Assembly (NCBI GenBank): GCA_044351885.1
Contig: JBILEW010000010.1
Location: 30-64,029, forward strand
Length of the DNA: 64,000 nucleotides
Source of the DNA: Bdellovibrionota bacterium
Lineage (GTDB): Bacteria; Bdellovibrionota_C; UBA2361; OMII01
Direction: 5' to 3'
The translations under genes were made by a program, and so were the position numbers. A model generated the notes under the pieces. It did not search any database. It was not told where the DNA came from and saw only the letters and a program-made list of their open reading frames with translations. Below are positions 31,094 through 40,946 of the stretch, one piece after another. Numbering within the stretch: position 1 is the first letter of the stretch; each line of letters begins with the position of its first letter.

Positions 31094-31510
31094 TTACGCC
31101 ACTTTTACAGACTTTTGGTACTGAGTCATGAAATCTTGCAGCTTCAGAGCAGTCTCTGCGCTGATGAGGTGCTCGGTTTTACACGAATCTATCTCAGCTT
31201 GATCTGGACTTACCTTGAGGATGTTTACGAGGAAGTCGTGTAGAATATTCTTCCGAGTTAGCACTGCTCTAGCCAACTCCTCTCCTTGGGGTGAGAGCGA
31301 CAAGAATTTGTTTTCGTCTTCGACGATAAGGTTCTTGGCTTTGAGGGATTTCAAATTTATCGAAGCGCTACCGGTGGTGATGTTTAGCTCTCTGGCGACG
31401 TCAGTCACGCGAGCGTACCCACGCTTCTCTCTGAGTTCTAAAATAGCGAGAAGGTGATGCGCAGCACTGTGAGTTATGTTGTTCTCTTCGAACTTTTTCC
31501 ATACGTCCAT
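31094..31510 (-). CDS. DtxR/MntR-family metal-dependent transcriptional regulator (no FeoA domain)
   Basis: GYARVTDVARELNIT.GS wHTH; LHDFLVNIL.V..AEIDSCKTEHLIS. Confidence 0.85.
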   Translation of the reverse strand: MDVWKKFEENNITHSAAHHLLAILELREKRGYARVTDVARELNITTGSASINLKSLKAKNLIVEDENKFLSLSPQGEELARAVLTRKNILHDFLVNILKVSPDQAEIDSCKTEHLISAETALKLQDFMTQYQKSVKVA

Positions 31511-31607
31511 GACGATACCCCATCAGCTTTGGCAAGGTGCTAGTGCGCCGCTCCGGCAACTCCCGTGGGCTCAGTTAGTTGAGCAGAGCACTCAAGTACA
31601 AGCCGCA

Positions 31608-31636
31608 AACTTACTAGCTTTTGTTATGTATGTCAA
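31608..31636 (-). promoter_or_regulatory. Sigma70-like promoter for the DtxR/MntR-yqeY-epimerase unit
   Basis: Minus strand TTGACA-17 bp-TAAGTT, about 100 bp upstream of the ATG. Confidence 0.55.
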
Positions 31637-31702
31637 ACTTCTGTTTATTGTTGTTAAGGGTTGTTCATGTTAGAAAGTAGAATCTAGGTTGAGGTTTCGC
31701 AC

Positions 31703-32602
31703 ATGATCTACCACAAGATTGCTCGTTGGCCTTTCTGCTTGCTTACCCTGACGTCTGTCGTGCTTGCCGCCTTGCCTTTAGCTGCCCACTCGATAGAACG
31801 CCCAGAGGAGGTGCTCAACAAAGAGGTTGGTGTCTATACCCAACTAGGGGTCAAGGTGGATCTGAGCCGGGTATTCACGGATCGGCTAGGGGAGCGCAAG
31901 CCTCTGAAAAATTTCGCCATAGCCGATAAGCCAATCCTCATAGTACCCGTTTATTACAAATGTCCCCGGATGTGCGGACTAATCCTAGACGGGGTCGTCA
32001 ACCTGCTGAACCAAACTACGCTCCAGCTCGGCGAGGACTTTTCGGTCCTCGCGGTGAGCTTCGACCCTCTGGAGACGGCTTCGGATGCGGGGGATGCGTG
32101 GGCTAAATTCAACGAGCGTTTGATCGATGATGCTGCGCGTGGTCGAGAAGCATTTAGGTTTCTAGTTGGAAGTGACGAAGATGTTGCTGGGTTGATGCGT
32201 GAGCTCGGCTTCAAGTATTTGCGTGAAGGGAAGGACTTTGCTCACTCCGCAGCGGTTATGATATTGACGCCGACCGGAGAGATCTCGCAGTATTTCACCG
32301 GTATACAGTTTTCCCCCTGGGATGTTCGCCTGTCCTTGATCGAAGCCTCACAAGGAAAGATCGGGTCGGCGATGGATCATTTCCTTCTCTACTGCTTTAG
32401 ATTTGATCCACTCCAAGGTAAATATACGTGGGCAGTGGAAGGTGTTTTGCGAGTAGGTGGGGCATTGACCCTGCTTGGCTTGGGCCTGGTGTACTTTTTC
32501 TTTGCGAGAAAGCGACCAGAAACCGAGCCAGTCAAAGCGCCGGTGAAAGATAGTACAGAGCCATCTTCAGATGGATGGCGCGATAAAACAGGTAACGGAT
32601 AG
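31703..32602 (+). CDS. SCO1/SenC-family copper chaperone
   Basis: YYKCPRMC (CxxxC), VSFDP.E, FAHSA, LLYCFRFDP..GKY, C-terminal TM. Confidence 0.9.
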   Translation: MIYHKIARWPFCLLTLTSVVLAALPLAAHSIERPEEVLNKEVGVYTQLGVKVDLSRVFTDRLGERKPLKNFAIADKPILIVPVYYKCPRMCGLILDGVVNLLNQTTLQLGEDFSVLAVSFDPLETASDAGDAWAKFNERLIDDAARGREAFRFLVGSDEDVAGLMRELGFKYLREGKDFAHSAAVMILTPTGEISQYFTGIQFSPWDVRLSLIEASQGKIGSAMDHFLLYCFRFDPLQGKYTWAVEGVLRVGGALTLLGLGLVYFFFARKRPETEPVKAPVKDSTEPSSDGWRDKTGNG

Positions 32603-32615
32603 AGAAAGACTAACT

Positions 32616-33929
32616 ATGTTGGGATTGTTAGGAGAGCAAGGATCGGACTTTGCTCACAAGGTAGATTACGCCCACGATATTGTGACGATCATCTCGGTAG
32701 TGTGTACGGTGGCGATCGTCGGCGCGATGCTGTACTTCGCCGTTATCTACCGTCAACGAGACGGGCGCGACCACGAGACCCCGATGATCGAGGGTAACAA
32801 CCTTCTCGAGGTTATCTGGACGGTCTTCCCAACGCTGGTCGTTATCTGGGTCGCCTACCTCGGCTACGACGCTTTCATCGACATGCGAACGGCTCCAGCC
32901 GATTCGATGGAGATCAACGTTACCGGTCAGAAATGGGCTTGGGATTTTCAATACGCAAACGGCAAGAAGACCACCGGCGAGCTCGTAGTGCCCGTAGATC
33001 AGCCGGTCAAGCTCGTCATGACCTCTCGGGATGTTCTGCACTCGTTCTTTGTGCCCGTCATGAGAACGAAGATGGACGTGATCCCGGGTCGCTACACATA
33101 CGAGTGGTTTAGGCCGATTAAGACAGGAGACTTTCAGGTCTTCTGTACGGAGTACTGCGGGGATCTTCACTCGGGGATGCGTGCGCGCCTTAAGGTGTTG
33201 CCGAAGGCGGAGTTTGAGCGATGGCTCGCTGATGACAGCGAGGAGCGCAAGCTCGCTTCGATGAAGCCCTCGGATCGTGGCCAAGAGATCTACGGCAAGC
33301 AGTGTATAGCCTGTCACAGTCTTGATGGATCGCCCCGCACCGGTCCTTCATGGCTGAAGATATTCGGTAAAGAGGGCCAGCTCGTCGGGGGAGGTACATA
33401 CAAAGCCGACGAGAATTATATCCGCGAGTCTATTCTGTATCCGCAGGCTAAGACGGTGGCAGGTTATGAGGCCGCAGCGAATGCAATGCCAAGCTACAAG
33501 GGTCAGCTCTCAGACGATGACATCACGTCGCTCATCGCATTCATGAAGACCATCGATGGTACTCAGAAGGTTGCGCCTGCGCAGCCTTCTGCTCCAAAGG
33601 CTCCCGACGCTGCACAACTGGCAGCCATGTCACCAGCAGATCGCGGCAAGGCTCTTTTCAATGACCCAGGCAACATGTGCTACACCTGCCACAGCATCGA
33701 TGGCAGCCGTCTAGTGGGTCCTTCTATGAAGGGGCTCTGGGAGCGTAAGTCGAAGATGTCTGATGGCACTGAGGTAGTCTCGGATGCCAACTACATCAAG
33801 GAGTCGATCCTCAAGCCTCAGGCGAAGATGGTCGAGGGATATGGTCCGGTAATGCCAGCGATATACGAAGGCAAGCTCACGGACGAGAACATCTCCGATA
33901 TCATCGAGTACATAAAGACCCTCAAGTAG
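32616..33929 (+). CDS. ctaC: Cytochrome c oxidase subunit II with two C-terminal cytochrome c domains
   Basis: LEVIWT, QKWAW, DVLHSFF, CTEYCGDLHSGM (CuA), CIACH and CYTCH. Confidence 0.93.
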   Translation: MLGLLGEQGSDFAHKVDYAHDIVTIISVVCTVAIVGAMLYFAVIYRQRDGRDHETPMIEGNNLLEVIWTVFPTLVVIWVAYLGYDAFIDMRTAPADSMEINVTGQKWAWDFQYANGKKTTGELVVPVDQPVKLVMTSRDVLHSFFVPVMRTKMDVIPGRYTYEWFRPIKTGDFQVFCTEYCGDLHSGMRARLKVLPKAEFERWLADDSEERKLASMKPSDRGQEIYGKQCIACHSLDGSPRTGPSWLKIFGKEGQLVGGGTYKADENYIRESILYPQAKTVAGYEAAANAMPSYKGQLSDDDITSLIAFMKTIDGTQKVAPAQPSAPKAPDAAQLAAMSPADRGKALFNDPGNMCYTCHSIDGSRLVGPSMKGLWERKSKMSDGTEVVSDANYIKESILKPQAKMVEGYGPVMPAIYEGKLTDENISDIIEYIKTLK

Positions 33930-33951
33930 TTGTAAGAAGGTGAGATAAGGT

Positions 33952-35580
33952 ATGTCAGCGCACGCTACAACAGCACACAACGAAGAGCTCAATTACCTAA
34001 ACTGGAAGACCGGTCTATGGTCGTGGCTCTCCTCCACTGACCATAAGAGGATCTGCTTCTTGTATCTCTTTGCGATACTCATCTTCTTCTTTGCGGGGGG
34101 GCTGGCAGCGCTCTTGATGCGTCTCGAGCTCTCTACAGCTGGGCCTACCATTCCCGCAGTGGTGACAAGTCCGCACGTCTACAACGTCCTGTTCACTCTG
34201 CATGGAGTGTTCATGATCTTCCTTTTTGTGGTGCCCGGTATCCCGGCAACCCTTGGAAACTTCCTGATTCCTCTCATGATCGGTGCGAAGGACGTAGCGT
34301 TTCCCCGACTGAACCTATTCAGTTTTTATCTCTACGTCATCGGTGCCGCAGTTGGAGCGATATCCTTGCTCAATCCGGTCGATACCGGATGGACATTCTA
34401 TGCGCCCTACAGCACCACCACAGGTAGTTCTGTCTCGCTGATGGTTTTTGCCGCCTTCATCCTCGGCTTCTCCTCGATTCTTACAGGACTAAATTTTATC
34501 GTGACGATCCATCAGTTGCGCGCCCCTGGGATGACGTGGATGCGCCTACCGGTATTTATCTGGGCGTCATACGCGACAGCGATTATTCAGACGGTTGCAA
34601 CACCGGTGGTTGGAATGACCCTTTTGCTCATAATCGCCGAGCGCGTGTTCGGTGCGGGCATATTCGATCCAACCAAGGGTGGTGATCCGGTTCTGATGGA
34701 ACACCTCTTCTGGTTCTACTCGCACCCGGTAGTATACATTATGGTGCTTCCGGCCTTCGGCGTCGTTGGTGAGATAATCCCGGTGTTCTCGCGTAAGCCG
34801 CTCTTCGGATACAAGATGGTGGTTCTTTCCTCCATGGCGATCGCAGCGGTTGGTTTCGTCGTGTGGGCGCACCACATGTTCGTATCTGGCATCTCGGATT
34901 TTTCTGCTATCTTTTTCTCCCTCGTGACCTTCTTGGTAGCAATTCCGACAGCTATTAAGGTGTTTAACTGGGTCAGCACGATGTACAAGGGGTCGATCAG
35001 CTTCACGACTCCGATGTTGTACGCGATGGCTTTCGTATTCCTCTTCATGATTGCGGGAACAACTGGAATCTACCTCGCGATGCTTGGCGTTGATGTATAC
35101 TATCACGACACGTACTTCGTAGTAGCTCACTTCCACTACACTATTCAGGGGGGAGCAGTAATCGGCTTGATTGCGGCGCTCCACTTCTGGTTTCCGAAGA
35201 TGAGCGGAAAAATGTACAACGAGACGCTCTCAAAGTTGGCATTCGCAATGGTGTTCATCGGGTTCAATCTGACCTTCATTCCTCAGTTCGTGCTCGGTAT
35301 GGACGGTATGCCGCGGCGCTACTACGACTATCCGGCTCAGTACCAGAACCTGCACACCATTTCGACGGTAGGAGCGTTCCTAAACGGGTTCGGTTATACA
35401 TTCGCGTTGCTGAACCTGCTGGGAACGGCCCTCTTCGGTAAGGTGAAGGCTCCTCGCAATCCGTACAATTCGGTAAGTCTCGAATGGCAGACGGCCTCGC
35501 CGCCTATCCACGAGAACTTCCCGGAGACCCCAGTGGTCGATAAGGATCCGTATCACTACGGAACCCCAGCTCACGTATAG
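33952..35580 (+). CDS. ctaD: Cytochrome c oxidase subunit I, type A2
   Basis: DHKRI, WFYSHPVVY (YS motif of A2 oxidases), WAHHMF, VVAHFHY, GMPRRY. Confidence 0.96.
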   Translation: MSAHATTAHNEELNYLNWKTGLWSWLSSTDHKRICFLYLFAILIFFFAGGLAALLMRLELSTAGPTIPAVVTSPHVYNVLFTLHGVFMIFLFVVPGIPATLGNFLIPLMIGAKDVAFPRLNLFSFYLYVIGAAVGAISLLNPVDTGWTFYAPYSTTTGSSVSLMVFAAFILGFSSILTGLNFIVTIHQLRAPGMTWMRLPVFIWASYATAIIQTVATPVVGMTLLLIIAERVFGAGIFDPTKGGDPVLMEHLFWFYSHPVVYIMVLPAFGVVGEIIPVFSRKPLFGYKMVVLSSMAIAAVGFVVWAHHMFVSGISDFSAIFFSLVTFLVAIPTAIKVFNWVSTMYKGSISFTTPMLYAMAFVFLFMIAGTTGIYLAMLGVDVYYHDTYFVVAHFHYTIQGGAVIGLIAALHFWFPKMSGKMYNETLSKLAFAMVFIGFNLTFIPQFVLGMDGMPRRYYDYPAQYQNLHTISTVGAFLNGFGYTFALLNLLGTALFGKVKAPRNPYNSVSLEWQTASPPIHENFPETPVVDKDPYHYGTPAHV

Positions 35581-35616
35581 GTATTTTTCAAGGAAGAGAA
35601 TTAGGACAAGGAAGAT

Positions 35617-36273
35617 ATGAGCTCACATGCAGCAGCGACTCACGAGGTTGCTCCAGGGGATCCGCCCCACATTCACCACATGGACAGCACCACAGCGTAC
35701 GGGGCAGCGAAGCTTGGCATGTGGCTCTTCTTGGCTACGGAGATCCTGCTTTTTGCGGTGATGTTCTGCAGTTTCGCTATCATGCGATACTATCACCTCG
35801 ATAAATTCCATGACGCGAGCCACCACCTCAACTTGTGGGCCGGCGCATTCAACACAGCGGTGCTGCTCTTTTCCAGCTATACGGCTGCCGTAGCCGTCAC
35901 AAAAGCCCAGCTGGGTGACAATCGCGGGGTTGTAGTGAATTTCGGGATCAGCATCCTGTGTGGATTTATCTTCCTCGTCGTGAAGGCGTATGAGTATTCG
36001 GAGAAGGCTCATCACGGGATGTTTCCCTTCGTTTGGAACTCGAATTTTTACGAATATGCGAATTTCCTGGGCATTTACTTCACCATGACCGGACTGCACG
36101 CACTGCACGTCATCATCGGAATGGTAGTGATGTTCATTTACGGGGTGAGACCTGCCATGAGGAACCGCTATTCAGGTCGCTACTACACCCCGGTGGAGCT
36201 CAGCGCGCTCTATTGGCACTTGGTTGATCTGATCTGGATCTACCTCTTCCCGTTGCTCTACCTAGTTGGATAA
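35617..36273 (+). CDS. ctaE: Cytochrome c oxidase subunit III
   Basis: LGMWLFLATE, NTAVLLFSS, TGLHALHV, LYWHLVDLIW. Confidence 0.93.
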   Translation: MSSHAAATHEVAPGDPPHIHHMDSTTAYGAAKLGMWLFLATEILLFAVMFCSFAIMRYYHLDKFHDASHHLNLWAGAFNTAVLLFSSYTAAVAVTKAQLGDNRGVVVNFGISILCGFIFLVVKAYEYSEKAHHGMFPFVWNSNFYEYANFLGIYFTMTGLHALHVIIGMVVMFIYGVRPAMRNRYSGRYYTPVELSALYWHLVDLIWIYLFPLLYLVG

Positions 36274-36291
36274 TTCGGAGTACTAGACGCT

Positions 36292-36648
36292 ATGTCACAC
36301 GCTCATTCACACGACCATTCAAGCGGACACAACGACGGGGGTCACGTTGTCCCCGTTTCGACCTTCCTCAAGGTGCTTATTGCCCTCTTGGTACTCACCG
36401 TTATCACCGTGTTGGCCGCAAAGGTCGACATGGGCAAGTGGAACATCGTAGGCGCCCTAGGGATCGCCTCGATTAAGGCGACGCTGGTGATCTGGGTTTT
36501 CATGCACGGCAAGTACGAGAACCGTATCCTGTGGACCTACATCCTGATCCCTTTTATCTTATTGGCGATCATGATTGGAGGGATCTTCACAGACGATCCG
36601 TTCCGCAGTCATCCTCAGCCGGTAGCAGTGGAGAAGGCTAAGGCTTGA
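36292..36648 (+). CDS. ctaF: caa3-type cytochrome c oxidase subunit IV
   Basis: LLVLTVITV, IASIKATLV..FMH; three TM; His-rich N-terminus. Confidence 0.88.
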   Translation: MSHAHSHDHSSGHNDGGHVVPVSTFLKVLIALLVLTVITVLAAKVDMGKWNIVGALGIASIKATLVIWVFMHGKYENRILWTYILIPFILLAIMIGGIFTDDPFRSHPQPVAVEKAKA

Positions 36649-36765
36649 GCAAGCGAGACAAACGCTTCCCTTGGTAAGTACGGCAATTTTGCGGCGCCCG
36701 AAGGGTTAGCCCTAACAAAAAGATTATAATCGCGACGCGATGATGCTCTCTTTGTTCTCCGCTTC

Positions 36766-36795
36766 AGCCAAGGTCGATCGGCAGCCTGGCTTTTT
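36766..36795 (+). terminator. Possible intrinsic terminator of the oxidase operon
   Basis: agccaagg..cctggct stem followed by T run. Confidence 0.35.
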
Positions 36796-36802
36796 GGTTA
36801 AT

Positions 36803-36953
36803 TAACGCGGAGGCGCGGAAGACGCGGAGGGCGCAGCCGAATGTTACGAGTACTGGTCGGCTCCTCAAGTCGGCTGTTCTCGTGCACTAGCTCCCATGAG
36901 TCTCGTAGCAATGCCCATCCTGCGGTCTCCGCGTTTTCCGCGCCTCCGCGTTA
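36803..36953. repeat. 151-bp element with 34-bp inverted arms of CGCGGA units
   Basis: taacgcggaggcgcggaagacgcggagggcgcag / ctgcggtctccgcgttttccgcgcctccgcgtta (31/34 match). Confidence 0.8.
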
Positions 36954-37091
36954 CATAAGCGAAATATTCGGACACCGAAGAACTTGAGTGCTTACCGAAC
37001 GAGGTATAGTTAGCATCCTGTGGACAACACAAGCGTCGACTTGACTGTCGCCCGTCACGCAATCGTTCTTTTGCTCAAGTTCGAGCAGGCC

Positions 37092-37586
37092 TTACTCGGC
37101 GATCTCGACAAACTCGACCTCTCCTGTTTCCACGGTCAGAAACGCGATCGTATATCCATCGGCTGCGAAGAGAGCACCAGGGTTGATTACCCGAGTTCTC
37201 CCTAGTACTTCGTTGCGCATCTCATGGGTGTGTCCGTGGAGCACGTAATCGTACTGCTGGCTCTCTACTGCATCCTCGATCACGCGCGAGTTGGTTCCGT
37301 GGTTCACGAAGAACTTTTTGCCGCCCGACTCGAATGTAAGGGAATCTGCGATCTCAGCGAACCCCAACTCGGCACACTTCTTCTTGAGACCTGAACGCTC
37401 ACCATCGTTGTTGCCATACACCAAGCGTAAGGGGAGTCCGGCAAAACGCTCGAGCACGGGAGGGGAGATAATATCTCCGCAATGAATCACCATGGATGGA
37501 TTCCGCTCTTTGAAGAGCGCGACAGCCTTGATGATGGGACGTACATTCTCGTGGGTATCCGAGACGATTCCGATGCAGGTGGTCAT
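37092..37586 (-). CDS. YfcE/MJ0936-family metallophosphoesterase
   Basis: SDTH, HCGD, GNND, HG, HGHTH, INPG; GGAGGA RBS. Confidence 0.92.
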   Translation of the reverse strand: MTTCIGIVSDTHENVRPIIKAVALFKERNPSMVIHCGDIISPPVLERFAGLPLRLVYGNNDGERSGLKKKCAELGFAEIADSLTFESGGKKFFVNHGTNSRVIEDAVESQQYDYVLHGHTHEMRNEVLGRTRVINPGALFAADGYTIAFLTVETGEVEFVEIAE

Positions 37587-37676
37587 AATGAAGTCCTCCT
37601 CTGAGCGCATTTCGAAGGAGCGGACCGAAGCCTTTTTGTGTCAAAGGTTCCGGCGATGCACCCACTTAGCCGGCGC

Positions 37677-38204
37677 TCATGCGCCTTTGAGAATACGACG
37701 TATGTTTAGTAGGTCTTTCGTGTAGCGTCCATCCTTGAAGTCGGGAAAGCTCCATTCGAATGGTCGATACTCGCCCTGAGAGTAGCGCGCTGCGAGGTCG
37801 GCGTATATTCCCTGAGTCAGGTACACCTTCTGTCCCGCTTCCTTGGTGCTCGCCAAAACAACCTTATTGTGGTCGAGATAGCCGGCATCGAGGTTGACAC
37901 GTCGGCGGCCTGCTATCGCGAACTCCTGTTCGATTCGCATGCAGGTGAGCTTTGCCCACGGGAGGCTATCCGCATAATGGGGGCCCGTAAAGCTGACAAG
38001 CTGCCTCGAGAGGTCGGCGCTCATCTCGGCCTCGTAGTACCTGGTAACATCGAATGGAATCGGCTCTCCCTGGTAGTCGAGGGGCCCAAATTCCCGTGAC
38101 AGAGCCTCGACTACGGCGTGCTGCTCAACTCCTGGAGCGCCCAGAATAGCCACGAACAGCTTCACGAGAGGGATAGTTGGGGTCGTCGGCGTCTCAGATG
38201 TCAT
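37677..38204 (-). CDS. DUF4416 family protein
   Basis: F..T.YY.AEM, RRVNLDAGYL, VVLASTK, GIYADL, W.FPDF; ATGA overlap with upstream stop supports start 38204. Confidence 0.8.
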   Translation of the reverse strand: MTSETPTTPTIPLVKLFVAILGAPGVEQHAVVEALSREFGPLDYQGEPIPFDVTRYYEAEMSADLSRQLVSFTGPHYADSLPWAKLTCMRIEQEFAIAGRRRVNLDAGYLDHNKVVLASTKEAGQKVYLTQGIYADLAARYSQGEYRPFEWSFPDFKDGRYTKDLLNIRRILKGA

Positions 38205-39031
38205 GGCGAGCTCCTGGTTGTCGAAGAGGGTAGCCATGAGAGTGCCTTGGCGACTATCTCGGCTGCGATCCCTGTCCGTCGAGCGATCTCTACAGCCAAA
38301 GATTCCTGGGAGAGCTCGGCAACGTGAGATGAATCCGTAGAGCGGACGACTACCCGGCCTTTCTGTATGTAGATCTGGCAGCCCTCTCGCACCGTGGAGA
38401 CGATGGGGTATGTCATCATCTCCCACAAAAAGGATGCTTCCCAAGCCCGTACGAATGCCGACTCGTCGACCGGGATCGTTTTATAGGTCAATCGATAGCG
38501 GCGATTCTCACCCTGAACGGTGCTCAGGGTAACTGCGTGGTCTGCGATGCGCTCGAGTTCGATACGCGAATAGCTCGTCGAATAAATCCGAGTGCCGACC
38601 GAAGGAAGTGGACACGCTGAGTGGATGAGGTACCCTGGATCGACGAGGTGCCATGCGTTAGGCTCGACTTTGACCATGGCTGCACAGTGCGTGTCGTCCC
38701 CGTAGCGCCTGTTTGCTAGGATCGGATGTGCTTCGAATCCTAGAGCCCGAAGAAGGTAAATCAGGGTGTTCGTAAGCGAGAAGCAGGTGCCGCCGGTGCC
38801 GTACGACCAGAAGCTTTCGAGAAGCTCTGAGGGAGTCTCTCGCTTCGAGGCGTGAGGCTGCTCGTGTGAGCGGGTGATCTTCGTGAGGTTTTCGTATGGG
38901 ATGCGGGAAAAGCTTTGGAGCACCCGTGAAAGGAGATCCTCGCGTGTTGTGGATAATGGGATCCCGGAGCGTGTCAGGAAGATGCTAGTGGTTTCGTCGA
39001 GAGCTGAAAGAAGAGGTGAAAAGGGGTCCAT
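38201..39031 (-). CDS. Arylamine N-acetyltransferase family protein
   Basis: IPYENL, GGTCF (Cys), THCA (His), LVDPG (Asp) catalytic triad. Confidence 0.82.
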   Translation of the reverse strand: MDPFSPLLSALDETTSIFLTRSGIPLSTTREDLLSRVLQSFSRIPYENLTKITRSHEQPHASKRETPSELLESFWSYGTGGTCFSLTNTLIYLLRALGFEAHPILANRRYGDDTHCAAMVKVEPNAWHLVDPGYLIHSACPLPSVGTRIYSTSYSRIELERIADHAVTLSTVQGENRRYRLTYKTIPVDESAFVRAWEASFLWEMMTYPIVSTVREGCQIYIQKGRVVVRSTDSSHVAELSQESLAVEIARRTGIAAEIVAKALSWLPSSTTRSSP

Positions 39032-40277
39032 GATACTTATTGTCGCGTCACAAACACTTCGTCATTCAGGTGTTCAAGCAGGGCTCTTGAAGGCTCTCGT
39101 ATTTGGCCTTGCTCTCGGTATTGTACACACATCCCACGCCGAAGACATAACTGACCCAGAGCCCAAGGCGTGTTGTCGAGCTAATGCGGGTAGGGCTGCT
39201 CTGTTGAGTGCTCGAGCCCACAACTTGAGCCCACAGGTTGCCGCTAAGTCCCCGAAAGCGGTGACTCCTGAAGCGTTACCGCCGCAACCCTGGCCAGCCA
39301 ACATGGTGTGGATCCCTGGAGGAAGCTTCGAGATGGGGGGAACGGGACCAGAAACGAGACCTGACGAGCTGCCGATTCACAAGGTTCGACTCGATGGATT
39401 TTGGATGGATGAGACCGAAGTGACGAACAAACAGTTCAAGGAGTTCGTCGATGCAACGGGCTATGTAACCACCGCAGAGAAGAAACCCGACTGGGAGGAG
39501 CTCAAGAAGCAGCTTCCTCCAGATGCACAGAAGCCTGATGATTCAGTGCTCGTCCCAGGCTCTCTCGTGTTCGTACCGACCGAAGGTCCGGTGTCTTTGA
39601 ACGACTACGGGCAATGGTGGACATGGATGCCAGGAGCTAATTGGCGTCACCCATTCGGTCCAGAGAGCTCACTCGATGCCAGCCACGATAATTATCCAGT
39701 AGTGCATGTCTCGTGGGATGATGCAGTAGCGTATGCTCGCTGGGCCGGCAAAAGGTTGCCGACAGAGGCCGAATGGGAATTTGCGGCTCGGGGTGGGCTC
39801 GAAGGTAAGCGCTTTGCGTGGGGAGAGGAGCTGAACCCGAATGGCAAGCATATGGCGAATGTATGGCAGGGATCTTTTCCGTACAAAAACACCAAAGATG
39901 ATGGATATGATTACTCCGCACCAGTTCGCGCCTTTCCGCCCAACGGCTACGGTCTCTACGATATGATTGGTAATGTATGGGAGTGGGTCGATGATTGGTA
40001 CCGGAGCGACTACTATCAAACGCTGAGCACTCAGGGAGGAGAAGCGATGAATCCTGCTGGGCCTACCGATAGCTTCGATCCCGATGAGCCAAGCATGCCC
40101 AAGCGGGTAAATCGCGGAGGCTCCTTTCTTTGCCATGCAGAGTACTGCGCTAGTTATCGTCCTGCGGCGCGCATGAAGACAGCTCCCGATACCGGTCAGA
40201 TCCACCTTGGGTTCAGGACGGTGGTGAGTGACGCAGATTGGCGAAAAAATCGTTCCAATCCGAATGGGGTAAGATAA
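39030..40277 (+). CDS. Formylglycine-generating enzyme (SUMF1/FGE-sulfatase domain) family protein, exported
   Basis: MVWIPGGSFEMG, EVTN, RLPTEAEWEFAARGG, GLYDMIGNVWEW, RGGSFLC..YC, GFR. Start uncertain. Confidence 0.9.
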   Translation: MILIVASQTLRHSGVQAGLLKALVFGLALGIVHTSHAEDITDPEPKACCRANAGRAALLSARAHNLSPQVAAKSPKAVTPEALPPQPWPANMVWIPGGSFEMGGTGPETRPDELPIHKVRLDGFWMDETEVTNKQFKEFVDATGYVTTAEKKPDWEELKKQLPPDAQKPDDSVLVPGSLVFVPTEGPVSLNDYGQWWTWMPGANWRHPFGPESSLDASHDNYPVVHVSWDDAVAYARWAGKRLPTEAEWEFAARGGLEGKRFAWGEELNPNGKHMANVWQGSFPYKNTKDDGYDYSAPVRAFPPNGYGLYDMIGNVWEWVDDWYRSDYYQTLSTQGGEAMNPAGPTDSFDPDEPSMPKRVNRGGSFLCHAEYCASYRPAARMKTAPDTGQIHLGFRTVVSDADWRKNRSNPNGVR

Positions 40278-40286
40278 AATTAAAAA

Positions 40287-40946
40287 GTGGTCATGATGAG
40301 TATGAATTCACGAGTAGGTAATTCGGCATTCACAAGAATGCTATTCTTTGTAGTTGTTTCGGCACTACTGACAAGCTGCTCCTCGACAAAGGTTGTGCAG
40401 TCATGGGCTAATCCCGAGTTGTCGCCTCCTAAGCGGGTGATGATATTCGGAGTAACGAAAGAAGAGGTACTCAGGCGCTCGTATGAGGATCAGCTGAGTC
40501 AAGCGCTCACGTCTGAAGGGCTATCGGCGATCCCGAGTTATAAGGTGCTCCCGAGTGAAGGTGAGGTGGAGAAGGATAAGCTGACCGAGGCGGTTCATAA
40601 GGCGGGAGCAGATGCGGTGTTCATCACGCGGTTGGTACGTGTAGCGAAGCGTTTGGACACAGTGCCAGTGCCCGCCCCTGTATGGGGGCCACCGTTTGGT
40701 CCGTGGGGTGGTTATTATCCCTATTGGCCGAACTACTACTACGACTCTTATCGGATCGTAGAGCGTGAGTTTGCTTTCATCGAATCCAATCTCTACAAAG
40801 CGGATAGTAGTACTCTACTCATGAGTATCATGACGAGGACAGAGGACCCTTCCTACTCGGATCGTAAGGTACAAGAAGTTGTGCGCTTGGTCGTGAAGGA
40901 GTTTCGTAAGAACGGGCTGCTTGGTGGGGTAGAGGCTGCTACGTGA
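40287..40946 (+). CDS. Lipoprotein of unknown function (DUF4136-like)
   Basis: Lipobox LTSC; RRSYED, ADAVFITRLV, G/P/Y/W-rich loop; stop codon lies in the repeat arm. Confidence 0.7.
   Translation: MVMMSMNSRVGNSAFTRMLFFVVVSALLTSCSSTKVVQSWANPELSPPKRVMIFGVTKEEVLRRSYEDQLSQALTSEGLSAIPSYKVLPSEGEVEKDKLTEAVHKAGADAVFITRLVRVAKRLDTVPVPAPVWGPPFGPWGGYYPYWPNYYYDSYRIVEREFAFIESNLYKADSSTLLMSIMTRTEDPSYSDRKVQEVVRLVVKEFRKNGLLGGVEAAT

Noticed and set aside
36702-36730. GTTAG-CC-CTAAC palindrome plus TATAAT after the oxidase operon
   Set aside because: Spacing is one base off the DtxR core, there is no -35, and no downstream gene on that strand.
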